Shown piece after piece: positions 9,581 to 19,526 of a DNA stretch of 64,000 bases. The notes under the pieces are model-generated. The model saw nothing but the letters and a program-made list of their open reading frames with translations, made no database searches and had not been told where the DNA came from. The stretch is from the NCBI GenBank assembly GCA_965658655.1, contig CBFHTA010000001.1:72722-136721 (forward strand). Reading direction: 5' to 3'. The stretch's first letter is position 1, and every line of letters begins with the position of its first letter. The stretch comes from Candidatus Babelota bacterium (GTDB taxonomy: Bacteria; Babelota; Babeliae; Babelales; CAIQNR01). The position numbers and the translations under genes are program-made.

Positions 9581-11119
9581 TTATTGTCCCCCCATTTCTA
9601 TGGTATTTATTTCATTAATCGGCATTTTAACTATCGTATGCATATCAATATTTTTTAGGAAATGAAAGTATGAAAAATAGCAATTATCTGGCAATACACT
9701 TAATTCTTCTCCCAAATAATAATTAAAAAGAACTCTAAAAGTATTCACACTCGAAATAGAATGATAAAGTTTATCTCTTCCTCCATTAGGAAAGTATAAA
9801 GCATTTAAAATTGACATTCTTTCTTTAACTGGAAGTTTTTTATTACTTTTAAATATACTTCTATCTGAAAAATCTCCATGATCTCCCTGAACAATAATCA
9901 CAGGAGGACTTTGAGAATTTTTTAAAATTGCTTCAATACATTTTTTTGTATGTAAATTTACAGCTTTTACTTGATTGATGTAACTTTCTTTTTGGCTTTC
10001 AATAAAGATTCCTGAATCATCACTATTACCTTCTATAATAGTTCCGTCTGCGTTAAAAGCTGCTGGACCATGAGGGCAAACAATATGACAAAAAACAAAT
10101 AACGGACCCTTACCAGCATACTTAGAAGGGATTTTTTCTAATATTTTAAATTGATCAAGTATATTGTGCCCTCTATTAAATAATTTAAAATACTGCGCAA
10201 AAGGAACAAAAAGTGTTTTTGACAAAATATGAGAAGAAAAAAAACCAAACAATTGCACTCTCTTTCCATAGTCTGCACTTGAAATATAATTACACGGGGA
10301 CCAAACGCTTCCAATATTAATAAATGTATACCCATGGCCCTTCAATAAACGTATAACTTCCGCATTTTCCCAAAAATTACCTGTTGTAAGCGGCCATCTT
10401 TTATTTTTTTTCAAAACCTCATCAGAAGATAAATAGTCCATCAGAAAGGTGGAAGACAAAGAAGCCTCCGTATGGCAATAATTACTACAACTCTGTTCTG
10501 CAATAAAAAACCCTTTAGTCTTTAAGAACTCAATAAAATTATTATTGTTATAGCCAAATTGCTCTTGTAAAACATCATGTCGAGTATAAGCATCGAGAAT
10601 GATATAATAAATATTAGGCTTTTCACCAATGTTTTTTTTTACGTATCCTGGCTTTTTAAAGTTAAACATTTGCCACTCTGCCCAATAATCCGGAATGATC
10701 ATAATGCAAGAAGAAACAAAAAAGCATCCTGTTAAAAAAGTAAAAAAATGAACTGTTTTTTTAGGATTTAACAAAGTAGAAATTAAATATGCAAAAATTA
10801 TAAATATTATCCCATACAGTGCTATTAAATAACGATAGTGCCCCCAAGAAAATTGTGAAAACCACTTAAAGCACACAGAGCAGTGACCAAGTAAAAGTGA
10901 GAAGAGAAAAAAAGCAACCGCAAACAGAAACGTATAAATTCGAGCTTTATATTTATTCTTAAAAAGAAGAGTTGCTCCTAAATAACAAATAAAGAAACTT
11001 GCGTTCAGTAGGCCCCAAAGACAAGCAACCTCTAATGCTCTAGTTTCTCGTATATTAGACTTTAACCCATTTTGAATATATCCAGAAATCAAAAAAAATG
11101 TCTCTAATGGTAACATCAC
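9581..11119 (-). CDS. Membrane-anchored alkaline-phosphatase-superfamily transferase (LtaS/EptA/sulfatase-like)
   Basis: About 4 N-terminal TMs, then [23 protein letters not shown] (candidate Thr nucleophile), HIVCPHGP and IVQGDHG metal-binding motifs; AGGAGAGG RBS. Confidence 0.8.
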   Translation of the reverse strand: MMLPLETFFLISGYIQNGLKSNIRETRALEVACLWGLLNASFFICYLGATLLFKNKYKARIYTFLFAVAFFLFSLLLGHCSVCFKWFSQFSWGHYRYLIALYGIIFIIFAYLISTLLNPKKTVHFFTFLTGCFFVSSCIMIIPDYWAEWQMFNFKKPGYVKKNIGEKPNIYYIILDAYTRHDVLQEQFGYNNNNFIEFLKTKGFFIAEQSCSNYCHTEASLSSTFLMDYLSSDEVLKKNKRWPLTTGNFWENAEVIRLLKGHGYTFINIGSVWSPCNYISSADYGKRVQLFGFFSSHILSKTLFVPFAQYFKLFNRGHNILDQFKILEKIPSKYAGKGPLFVFCHIVCPHGPAAFNADGTIIEGNSDDSGIFIESQKESYINQVKAVNLHTKKCIEAILKNSQSPPVIIVQGDHGDFSDRSIFKSNKKLPVKERMSILNALYFPNGGRDKLYHSISSVNTFRVLFNYYLGEELSVLPDNCYFSYFHFLKNIDMHTIVKMPINEINTIEMGGQ

Positions 11120-11223
11120 CTCTCCTTTTTAAGCTTAAAAAACCCCTCATACCTTACCCCATTTCTCTAAAAATAAAACCCTGGTATTCTAAGAAAGATG
11201 CTAATTTTTACCTAGGAGAATCC

Positions 11224-12504
11224 ATGAGCTTAAAAACTATCGATCCACAAATTTCAGCTGCTATAAATCAAGAGCTAGAGCGGTCAGAACTCACCTTAGA
11301 TTTAATAGCGTCAGAAAATTACACATGGCCTGCTGTTATGGAAGCGACCGGATCGGTCATGACCAATAAATACGCTGAGGGGTATCCTTCTCGAAGATAC
11401 TATAGTGGATGTGTTCATGTTGATACAGCGGAAAATTTAGCTCGCGATCGCGTAAAAAAATTATTTGGGGCTGAACATGCTAACGTTCAACCTCATTCTG
11501 GTTCTCAGGCAAATATGGCTGTTTATTTTGCTATTTTAAATCCCGGCGACACTATCTTAGGGATGAATCTAGCAGCTGGCGGACATTTAACTCACGGATA
11601 CCCAATCAATTTTTCTGGCAAATTTTATAATTCTATTAACTATGGTGTAAACAAAGACACAGAACAATTGGATTATGATGAAATTGAGCGCCTTGCAAAA
11701 GAACATAAGCCAAAACTGATTATCAGTGGGGCTTCTGCTTATTCACAATTTATAGACTTTGAACGCATTGCAAAAATTGCAAAATCTGTTGGTGCTTACT
11801 CTTTAGCCGATATCGCTCATATCGCTGGTCCTATAGCAGCAGGTCTGCACCCTTCTCCTTTTCCACATATGGATTTTGTAACAAGCACAACACACAAAAC
11901 ACTACGTGGTCCTCGTGGAGGATTAATTTTATGCAAAAAAGAATTTGCATCAAAAGTAGATAAAGCTATTATGCCAGGTATTCAAGGTGGCCCACTAATG
12001 CACCATATTGCAGCAAAGGCGGTAGCTTTTAAGATTGCTCTTGAGCCAGAATTCAAAGAATATCAGCAGCAAGTTCTCCTCAATGCAAAAACAATGGCAG
12101 ACACTTTTGCAAAACTTGGTTATCGAATAGTAACAGGTTCTACAAAAAATCATTTAATGGTTGTAGACGTAAGAAGCAAAAACATCACAGGTAAAGAAGC
12201 TGAAGAAACACTCGAAAAAATAGGCATCGTAGTAAACAGAAACTGCATTCCATTCGATACAGAAAGCCCTTTTGTGACCAGCGGCATTCGCCTAGGAACA
12301 CCGGCTTTAACAAGTCGCGGATTCAAAGAAACTGAGATGCGCTTAATTACTCAACTAATAGATAAAGCAATTAAAAATCGAGACAATGAAGAAGTACTAA
12401 ACGGCATTACAAAAGATATTAAAACCCTCTGCTTATCATTCCCTATTTACAAAGACCAACTGTCTGCTATATCTACACAAAGAGAAAGCATTATTCAGCA
12501 ATAA
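11224..12504 (+). CDS. glyA: Serine hydroxymethyltransferase
   Basis: [15 protein letters not shown] and [14 protein letters not shown] (PLP lysine). Start at the ATG following an AGGAG RBS. Confidence 0.98.
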   Translation: MSLKTIDPQISAAINQELERSELTLDLIASENYTWPAVMEATGSVMTNKYAEGYPSRRYYSGCVHVDTAENLARDRVKKLFGAEHANVQPHSGSQANMAVYFAILNPGDTILGMNLAAGGHLTHGYPINFSGKFYNSINYGVNKDTEQLDYDEIERLAKEHKPKLIISGASAYSQFIDFERIAKIAKSVGAYSLADIAHIAGPIAAGLHPSPFPHMDFVTSTTHKTLRGPRGGLILCKKEFASKVDKAIMPGIQGGPLMHHIAAKAVAFKIALEPEFKEYQQQVLLNAKTMADTFAKLGYRIVTGSTKNHLMVVDVRSKNITGKEAEETLEKIGIVVNRNCIPFDTESPFVTSGIRLGTPALTSRGFKETEMRLITQLIDKAIKNRDNEEVLNGITKDIKTLCLSFPIYKDQLSAISTQRESIIQQ

Positions 12505-12521
12505 AATTTTTGAGGTAGTAA

Positions 12522-13211
12522 ATGAAGGCAGAATTTGATCAGTTTGCAAAAAATTATCGTAATGATCAAACAGACGGTCACAATTTTCTAACAGGAGAAG
12601 ATAGCCATTACTTTGCTCGTTTAAAAGCAGAAAAACTTAAAGAGTGGCTTCCTTTTTATTTTTCAGGTACCCCACAAACTATACTTGATTTTGGCTGCGG
12701 CGATGGAGTTATGACTCAGGAAGTCTATCGCCAATTCCCTAAGTCAGAAATTCATGGAGTCGATAACTCTTCTGAAAGTGTAAAAATCGCTCGGAAGAAC
12801 TACCCCCATATCAATTATCACATTTCAACCGATAATTTATCTATGCTTGAAGCAAACTCATTTAACGTTGTCTTAGCAACTCATGTATTTCATCATATTT
12901 ATTTTAACGAGCACGAACACTACATCAAAGAACTTATGCGTGTATTAAAGCCAGGTGGAGTATTTGTATTTTATGAACTCAATCCACTAAACCCAGGAAC
13001 CTGGTATATTTTTAAAAACCATCCCATGGAAGTAAACGCTACCATGCTAAAGCCATGGTATACTCGCAAACTTGTAGCACCCTACGGGACCACTGATTTT
13101 ATTAGTTATGCCTTTTTTCCTAATTTTTTAAAAACTCTTAGACCTTTAGAAAAATATATATCTAAGATACCCCTTGGAGGATTGTACGCTATTATTTTAA
13201 AAAAATCTTAG
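12522..13211 (+). CDS. Class I SAM-dependent methyltransferase
   Basis: ILDFGCGDG, GVDNS, VFHHI and RVLKPGG motifs. Confidence 0.9.
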   Translation: MKAEFDQFAKNYRNDQTDGHNFLTGEDSHYFARLKAEKLKEWLPFYFSGTPQTILDFGCGDGVMTQEVYRQFPKSEIHGVDNSSESVKIARKNYPHINYHISTDNLSMLEANSFNVVLATHVFHHIYFNEHEHYIKELMRVLKPGGVFVFYELNPLNPGTWYIFKNHPMEVNATMLKPWYTRKLVAPYGTTDFISYAFFPNFLKTLRPLEKYISKIPLGGLYAIILKKS

Positions 13212-13220
13212 TCTACACTC

Positions 13221-14123
13221 TTAAGGTTCAGCCTGATTCACACGAAGAAACAGAGACACTAAAAAAAAAATTAATAATACAAAGAATAATGCTGGACCAA
13301 TACAAATAAAGAAAAAATAAACCCAGTTAATAATGTCTAAGTAGCGATTAGATACGCCGCTCTGAGAATAATAATACAATACGGGACCGCTCCAATAACG
13401 AAAAGGAAGCTCAATAGTATTACGAATCAACCAAGAAGAAGAATAACTGCCATATTGAAACATCAAAATATTATTAAAATGGGCTAACCAATAAATAGGA
13501 TATGTTTCTAGTCGAGCTTTATAAGCAACTTCTCCATAGAAAACAGACTCTATTTTTTTAAAAGAACCATCTAATAAAGAGTTTGCGATATCAATTGCTC
13601 CTAACAATTGACCATCCCTTTGAAAGCTTACATTAAAAGTAGGGTCATATATTATCCATTTTCCATTTTGAAAAACTTCAACTAAAGTATGAGTTGCAAA
13701 AGGGTCTCCAATACTTTTCACAACAAACAATTTGCGTGCTTTATATCCTTGCAAACATAGCGCATATAAGAAGAGCTCTGACATTCCATTACAAGTTAGT
13801 CCCCCTCCTAATTTTGCATTAGTATAAAAATCTCTAACATGCTCAGATTTCCATTTACGATTGTTCTTTTTATCTACAAAATTCATCACTTTTTGCATTA
13901 TTTCAACTGGAGAATCTCCCTTAAATTTAGAAAGTTCTTGCGGCGGTGAATATGGATACCGATAATCAAGAGCTTTAAAATTTTTAACAGGCACTGTTCT
14001 CAAAAAATGATTATGATTTCGCAAGAAATAAAAAACTTTATATTCAAAAAAAGCAATCAAAAACAAGGCGCCCAAAAGCATATAACGCCATTTATCATCG
14101 ATATTTATTTTTGATTTATTCAT
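13221..14123 (-). CDS. Membrane-anchored transglutaminase-like domain protein
   Basis: N- and C-terminal TM; Cys-His-Asp triad context GLTCNGMS / HTLVEV / WIIYDPT. Confidence 0.7.
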   Translation of the reverse strand: MNKSKINIDDKWRYMLLGALFLIAFFEYKVFYFLRNHNHFLRTVPVKNFKALDYRYPYSPPQELSKFKGDSPVEIMQKVMNFVDKKNNRKWKSEHVRDFYTNAKLGGGLTCNGMSELFLYALCLQGYKARKLFVVKSIGDPFATHTLVEVFQNGKWIIYDPTFNVSFQRDGQLLGAIDIANSLLDGSFKKIESVFYGEVAYKARLETYPIYWLAHFNNILMFQYGSYSSSWLIRNTIELPFRYWSGPVLYYYSQSGVSNRYLDIINWVYFFFICIGPALFFVLLIFFLVSLFLRVNQAEP

Positions 14124-14168
14124 ATATACTCTTGCTGCTCAATACATCCTCTAGAAGACTCATATTAC

Positions 14169-15293
14169 TTACTCACAAAAATACACATTAAGGAAATGAA
14201 TAACTGAATGCACTCCATATAATACTGCCACACTAACAAAACCCAATAAATAAAGCATTGTAGGAATTGTTAAAAAACCTGGGAGGGCCCCAATAAATAA
14301 CATTGCCAAATAAGGGATTTCTATACGCCACGATTTGGGACTATAATATGCTGCAATTAAACCTATATTTGAAAACAATAGAAAGTAATAAATGAGTATT
14401 CCTAATTTTGCGAACAATACTCGCAATACAAAATTAGGGCTGTAAAAACATAAATTTATAACTTCATTACGCAAAATAGATTCATAGTGTGAATTTAAAT
14501 ATACCGCCTGACCATCTATTTCTTTTACTCTTGCCATTGAACAACCATCGGAAAAATTAATATTCTTATTATTAGTAATAAATCCAAAACCCATATAAAT
14601 ATTATGCCAAAATGTATGTTGTAACTTTGCTTCTTTAAATACATACCGTTGCCTATGTAAATATTGATTGCGATGTTTTATTACATTATGTATATGCAAT
14701 TTAGCAGATCCTATTCCCAAAGTAAGCAAACTCAATAATAAAAAAGTTTTACGAGAAACCCTACAAGAACAAACAACAGCAACAATCGTACCTACTAGAA
14801 GAGGCAACCCCGAAAAACTTCTTACAAAATTACCATACTCAATTACCAAACCCACTAACAAACTATAAGCACAAAGACTTTTATAATATTTTTTTTCTAG
14901 CAAAAATAAAAACCAAGGGAAAAAGGAAACCGTAAAAAAATAAGTTACATAAACATCTGAAGACAACCATGCAACACCACCCAATCCACTTACACCAAAA
15001 AGCACTATGCTCTTACCAAGCAACGTTTTTGCTTGAGATAGAAGCGCTGTTCCTGCAAAAAAAACACCCGAAAAAACCTGTACTAAAAGAAACCACCAGG
15101 CAGCATCTAAAGCTGATAAATCAAAAAATGAAGCAAAGAGTGGAACGAAATAGAAAAGGCCGGCCTCTCCGCCAAAAGAATGTTCTACAGGAACCGGTTG
15201 AGTTTTTGCATATTTAAGAAGAGAAATCCCTGTTTGTTGATATAATGCCGTTGCCGCTTTAAGAATGCCAATTCGTATGGGCATAAGATTCAT
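14169..15293 (-). CDS. Polytopic membrane protein, GT-C-like group A (FWHN family) copy 1
   Basis: 374 aa; HTFWHNIYMGFG, FAKLG and ALPG motifs shared with three other ORFs in the locus. Confidence 0.7.
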   Translation of the reverse strand: MNLMPIRIGILKAATALYQQTGISLLKYAKTQPVPVEHSFGGEAGLFYFVPLFASFFDLSALDAAWWFLLVQVFSGVFFAGTALLSQAKTLLGKSIVLFGVSGLGGVAWLSSDVYVTYFFTVSFFPWFLFLLEKKYYKSLCAYSLLVGLVIEYGNFVRSFSGLPLLVGTIVAVVCSCRVSRKTFLLLSLLTLGIGSAKLHIHNVIKHRNQYLHRQRYVFKEAKLQHTFWHNIYMGFGFITNNKNINFSDGCSMARVKEIDGQAVYLNSHYESILRNEVINLCFYSPNFVLRVLFAKLGILIYYFLLFSNIGLIAAYYSPKSWRIEIPYLAMLFIGALPGFLTIPTMLYLLGFVSVAVLYGVHSVIHFLNVYFCE

Positions 15294-16230
15294 TACTTAG
15301 GTCTCCAGTTGTTTTTTCCACAATATAGAGTGGCCGCTGCTTTTGTTGCATATACATACGTCCAATATATTCACCTACAAGCCATGTAAGTAAAAATTGC
15401 ACTCCTGTAAAAATATAAATAATTGTAGTTAACCATTTAAAAAGTGGATAACGAGTTTGATAAAAAACTGCATCAAATGTTATATAACCTAACATAAAAA
15501 GACCTGTTGCGATTACAAAGGCCCCAATATAAGCCGCCAATTCTAAGGGGAAAAAAGAAAAACCCGTCAAACCGTCGAATCCCAGTTTGAAACTTTTTGC
15601 CCACGTATAACTAGGATTACCCGCTTGGCGTTCTTGTCTATTAAAATCAACAAAAGTATGTGTAAATCCCGTCCAAGCAACTAGTCCTCGCCAATAACGT
15701 GTAGGTTCTTGAGAAGAACTAATAGCATGTAAAACCTTTTTATCAATTAAACGAAAATCTCCTACATTACGTGGAATCTTTATTTCTGCTATAGCATGCA
15801 ATAACTTATAATAAAAATGAGCTACCGTATCTTTAAGCCATCCATCATTACGTGCCGTACGACGAGCATATACAATATAAAATCCAGCATCCCATTTTGT
15901 AAGCATTTCTAAAATTAAATTTGGAGGATCTTGCAGGTCAGCATCTAATGTTACAATAGCATCTCCTTTTGCAGCGTCATATCCAGCAGCAAGAGCCATC
16001 TGATGGCCAAAATTACGAGAAAATGAAATCCCCTTTATTCTTGAATTTTGCTTAGTAAAATCGCGAATAATACTCCAAGAATCATCTTTGCTACCATCAT
16101 TAACAAAGATAATCTCCCATTCATATTTTACAGCAATTTTTTCTGTTACTTGTTGAAGTTGACTATAAAGAGCAAACAGTGTTTCTTGCTCATTATAGAC
16201 AGGAATTACAATTGAAATACACTTGCTCAA
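15259..16230 (-). CDS. GtrB/ArnC-like polyprenyl-phosphate glycosyltransferase (GT2)
   Basis: IPVYNE, NDGSKD, SRNFGHQ, DADLQDPP and GDFRL motifs; two C-terminal TMs; GEYIGR...RPLYIV. Confidence 0.92.
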   Translation of the reverse strand: MSKCISIVIPVYNEQETLFALYSQLQQVTEKIAVKYEWEIIFVNDGSKDDSWSIIRDFTKQNSRIKGISFSRNFGHQMALAAGYDAAKGDAIVTLDADLQDPPNLILEMLTKWDAGFYIVYARRTARNDGWLKDTVAHFYYKLLHAIAEIKIPRNVGDFRLIDKKVLHAISSSQEPTRYWRGLVAWTGFTHTFVDFNRQERQAGNPSYTWAKSFKLGFDGLTGFSFFPLELAAYIGAFVIATGLFMLGYITFDAVFYQTRYPLFKWLTTIIYIFTGVQFLLTWLVGEYIGRMYMQQKQRPLYIVEKTTGDLSNESYAHTNWHS

Positions 16231-16239
16231 ACTCTTCTC

Positions 16240-17172
16240 CTAAAATCCTAGACGTTCATCAACAATATATAACGATCGCTTTTTTTGTCTAAAATAAATA
16301 TTTCCCACATATATACCAATGAACCACAACAATAAAAACTGAATCCCCATCGCCATATAGATTACTACTGAAAGCCATTTAAACAGAGGATAGTAAGCTC
16401 CGCGAACGCAAGTATCCCATACTATGTATGAAAACATAAATATCCCTGTTCCACAAACAAAAGTCCCCACATACGCAGCAATTTCTAGCGGGAAAAGAGA
16501 AAAACTTGTTAAACCATCAAACGCAAGTTTAATCAATTTTTTCCAGGTATAACCTGTCTCTCCCGCAATACGCTCTGGGCGCTTAAATTCTACAAAGGTA
16601 CTTTTAAAGCCGGTCCACGCAACAAGACCTCGCCAATAACGAGAGAGCTCTTTACACTTTTCAATTTCAGTAACCACTTTTTTATCTAAAAGCCTAAAAT
16701 CTCCTACGTTGCGAGGAATCTCAACTTCTGCAACCAACGATAGAAGCTTGTAGTAAAGTGCTGCGGTAGTATCTTTGAGAAAACCATCGTTACGAGCAAT
16801 TCGCCTAGCATAAACAATTAAAAATCCATTTTCCCATTGACGAATCATATCTAAAATAAGTTCTGGTGGGTCTTGTAAATCAGCATCAATCGTAATAACA
16901 ACATCTCCATGTGCTGCATCATGCCCTGCAGTTAAAGCCATTTGATAACCAAAATTTCGAGAAAATTTTATTCCTATAACATGTGTATCTTGAACAGCAA
17001 GACTCTGTATTAATTGCCAAGAAGAATCTATGCTACCATCATTAACAAATAAAAACTGATAATCATATCTACTTCTTACCCTTTTGAAGACTTCACTTAA
17101 AGTACGATATATTAATGGAATATTTTCTTCTTCATTATAAATGGGAATTACGACTGAGATGAGTTTCTTCAT
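16240..17172 (-). CDS. GtrB/ArnC-like polyprenyl-phosphate glycosyltransferase (GT2)
   Basis: Same GT2 motifs (SRNFGYQ, DADLQDPP, GDFRL); close paralog of its neighbours. Confidence 0.92.
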   Translation of the reverse strand: MKKLISVVIPIYNEEENIPLIYRTLSEVFKRVRSRYDYQFLFVNDGSIDSSWQLIQSLAVQDTHVIGIKFSRNFGYQMALTAGHDAAHGDVVITIDADLQDPPELILDMIRQWENGFLIVYARRIARNDGFLKDTTAALYYKLLSLVAEVEIPRNVGDFRLLDKKVVTEIEKCKELSRYWRGLVAWTGFKSTFVEFKRPERIAGETGYTWKKLIKLAFDGLTSFSLFPLEIAAYVGTFVCGTGIFMFSYIVWDTCVRGAYYPLFKWLSVVIYMAMGIQFLLLWFIGIYVGNIYFRQKKRSLYIVDERLGF

Positions 17173-18130
17173 TACTCGTATTCATCCCTTTAAGATCTGT
17201 AGCGGATTTACCCACATACTCTTTCACTACATATAACGGCCGCTGTTTTAACTGAGAATAAATTCTACCAATATATTCCCCTAAAAGCCACATAAGTAAA
17301 AACTGCACACCAGTCGCTATATAGAGAATAACTGTTAACCATTTAAACAAAGGATAACGCGCATGATAAACAAAAGCATCAATCGTAATATAAGTAAACA
17401 TCAAAATACCCGTAGCAATTACAAAACTTCCAATATATGCAGCAATTTCCAAGGGGAAACGAGACAGGCTTGTAAGGCCATCAAAGGCTAATTTTACAAG
17501 ACGAAACCAATTATAACTCGAAGTGCCTTGAGAGCGATCAACAGAAACATAATTAACAAACGTGTAGCTAAATCCTGTCCAAGCTACAGTCCCCCTCATA
17601 TATGGTTCTCTATCTCGACATTGTTTTACTACCCGATGTACCTTTTTATCAATTAAACAAAAATCTGAAATATCCCCGGGCAAACGCACATCAGATACTT
17701 TATTTAGTAATTTATAATACAGTGTTCCTGTAATTTTTCTTAAAAAACCCTCTTGGCGATGAGATCGACGCCCGTAAACAATATCAAACCCTTTCTCCCA
17801 TTCTTTTATCATATCTGGCACTATGGTTGGTGGATGCTGCAGATCACCATCCATTACTACAACCGCATCTCCCTTTGCATAGTCATACCCAGCAGTAAGA
17901 GCCATTTGATACCCAAAATTCCGAGAAAAAGAAATACCTTCTACTCTAGAATCTTGTTTAATCAATGTTGTTATTTCATTCCAAGATTCATCAATGCTGC
18001 CGTCATCCACAAAAATTAATTGTAAGGTATTTTCTCTCTTTGTCTGTAAAACTCTGACCAACTCTTTATAAAGCTCCCTAATATTAAGCTCTTCGTTGCA
18101 AATCGGAACAATAATAGAAAGTATTTTCAT
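17135..18130 (-). CDS. GtrB/ArnC-like polyprenyl-phosphate glycosyltransferase (GT2)
   Basis: SRNFGYQ, DGDLQHPP and GEYIGR...RPLYVV motifs. Confidence 0.92.
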   Translation of the reverse strand: MKILSIIVPICNEELNIRELYKELVRVLQTKRENTLQLIFVDDGSIDESWNEITTLIKQDSRVEGISFSRNFGYQMALTAGYDYAKGDAVVVMDGDLQHPPTIVPDMIKEWEKGFDIVYGRRSHRQEGFLRKITGTLYYKLLNKVSDVRLPGDISDFCLIDKKVHRVVKQCRDREPYMRGTVAWTGFSYTFVNYVSVDRSQGTSSYNWFRLVKLAFDGLTSLSRFPLEIAAYIGSFVIATGILMFTYITIDAFVYHARYPLFKWLTVILYIATGVQFLLMWLLGEYIGRIYSQLKQRPLYVVKEYVGKSATDLKGMNTSNEETHLSRNSHL

Positions 18131-18140
18131 ATCTATTTAG

Positions 18141-19526
18141 CTATTTTAAAAGAAGAAGATTGGGATATACTTCAGTGGGTTTATACCATTTTTTAATAAA
18201 AGCATCATTCTGCTCAAAACTACTCAAAACATAACTATCAATTAAAGTTGGCTTGTATTTTTTGATTATCTCTAAGGCATTGATCGGTTCACTGTATGTA
18301 TCAGCTACTTTACTATAAAGATTACTAAATTTATTAGGATAAAACCACACATAGCCAGGAGCATAATGAGGAAAGAAAAAATTATTGTTAGAGATAACGT
18401 AACTTTTTTCATCTAAAAATTGCTCACAATACAAATATTTTTTGTATTGTTGATAATAAGAAAGAGGTCTTAATGCTAATAAATGGAGAAAAGAAGGAAC
18501 CAATAAAATTACACAAAAAGCCTTCTTGTAAGATTCCTTTATCGACAAACATTCCATGCCTTGAGCCGCCAAGAGAGAACCTATAAAAATATACAACAAG
18601 TGATATTGGGGAGCTTCAGGAGCAAAAAAAGCTGCCAAACAAAAGGATGGGACCATAAGAATACTAAGCGTTATATACTGTTTTTTATTTTGAAATATCC
18701 CATAAATAACAAGTCCCCATAACATTTTATCCGCAAAAAAATAGTGTTGTACAAAATAAGGCAACTTAGAAAGCAACATAGACTTTACTGTTGGCGCAAG
18801 TAATCGATTAAAATCAAAATTGCTTATTTTATAACTCCATACTGCTTCAATACAATAAAGATAATACCCGTAGATACCTAAAGGTATTAAAAAAACAATA
18901 ATCCAATACGCTAGACCCTCTAAAGGTATGCTTCGATGAAAAACCAAACACAAAAGAACTATCCCTAGCACAACAAGAACTAATGATACTTTTTGAAGAG
19001 TTAAAAAAGATCCTGCAAGAAATACACCGCTTAAAAAAATATTTGTAAGCAAACGATTTTCTTTATAAGAAAGAAAATAATAGAGCCCCATACTAAAAAA
19101 ACTTAATTGTAAAAGATCTGGACGAACTTGACACCCTCCTTGAAAGAACCCTTTCCAACAAAACAAGAAAAAGGCCGCATACCAACTAACGATAGAACCC
19201 CCTACCAATGATCCTATACGAATGAGATATACAAGCTCAATGACAACTAACCCAAGAGACAATACTCTTGCAGCAAGTAATACAAAAAAAGAGTTACCTA
19301 AAAACCAGTATAAACTCGAATAAAGATAATGTGCCGAAATATGGTGGTGCTGAAAAAAGTCTTTATAGGGAAGTAATCCTTTATGTATAAACCATGCAGT
19401 GCGCATACACTCAAACTCATCCATACCAAAAGAGTAGAAAAGCGCTCCTATACAAAACAGAAAAATCTGAATACCTACCAATATTTTAATAAATTTCTCA
19501 ATTAAAAACTTATTAAAAACAATCAT
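18141..19526 (-). CDS. ArnT/PMT-like GT-C membrane glycosyltransferase (group B) copy 1
   Basis: TM1 followed by DEFE...W...GLLPYKDFFQHH; QVRPD motif; ~11-13 TMs plus a C-terminal soluble domain. Confidence 0.8.
   Translation of the reverse strand: MIVFNKFLIEKFIKILVGIQIFLFCIGALFYSFGMDEFECMRTAWFIHKGLLPYKDFFQHHHISAHYLYSSLYWFLGNSFFVLLAARVLSLGLVVIELVYLIRIGSLVGGSIVSWYAAFFLFCWKGFFQGGCQVRPDLLQLSFFSMGLYYFLSYKENRLLTNIFLSGVFLAGSFLTLQKVSLVLVVLGIVLLCLVFHRSIPLEGLAYWIIVFLIPLGIYGYYLYCIEAVWSYKISNFDFNRLLAPTVKSMLLSKLPYFVQHYFFADKMLWGLVIYGIFQNKKQYITLSILMVPSFCLAAFFAPEAPQYHLLYIFIGSLLAAQGMECLSIKESYKKAFCVILLVPSFLHLLALRPLSYYQQYKKYLYCEQFLDEKSYVISNNNFFFPHYAPGYVWFYPNKFSNLYSKVADTYSEPINALEIIKKYKPTLIDSYVLSSFEQNDAFIKKWYKPTEVYPNLLLLK

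Noticed and set aside
9300..9600. Possible +1 frameshift at the G6 run extending the AlkP-family protein into the 280-bp gap
   Set aside because: The alternative frame gives ~50 aa with no recognisable motif, and the catalytic domain already appears complete.
11098..11223. N-terminal extension of glyA in the ORF track (similar extensions for ndk, pth, alaS, wzt and the DUF2062 gene)
   Set aside because: The upstream in-frame starts overlap neighbouring genes or terminators; homology and RBS support the downstream ATG.
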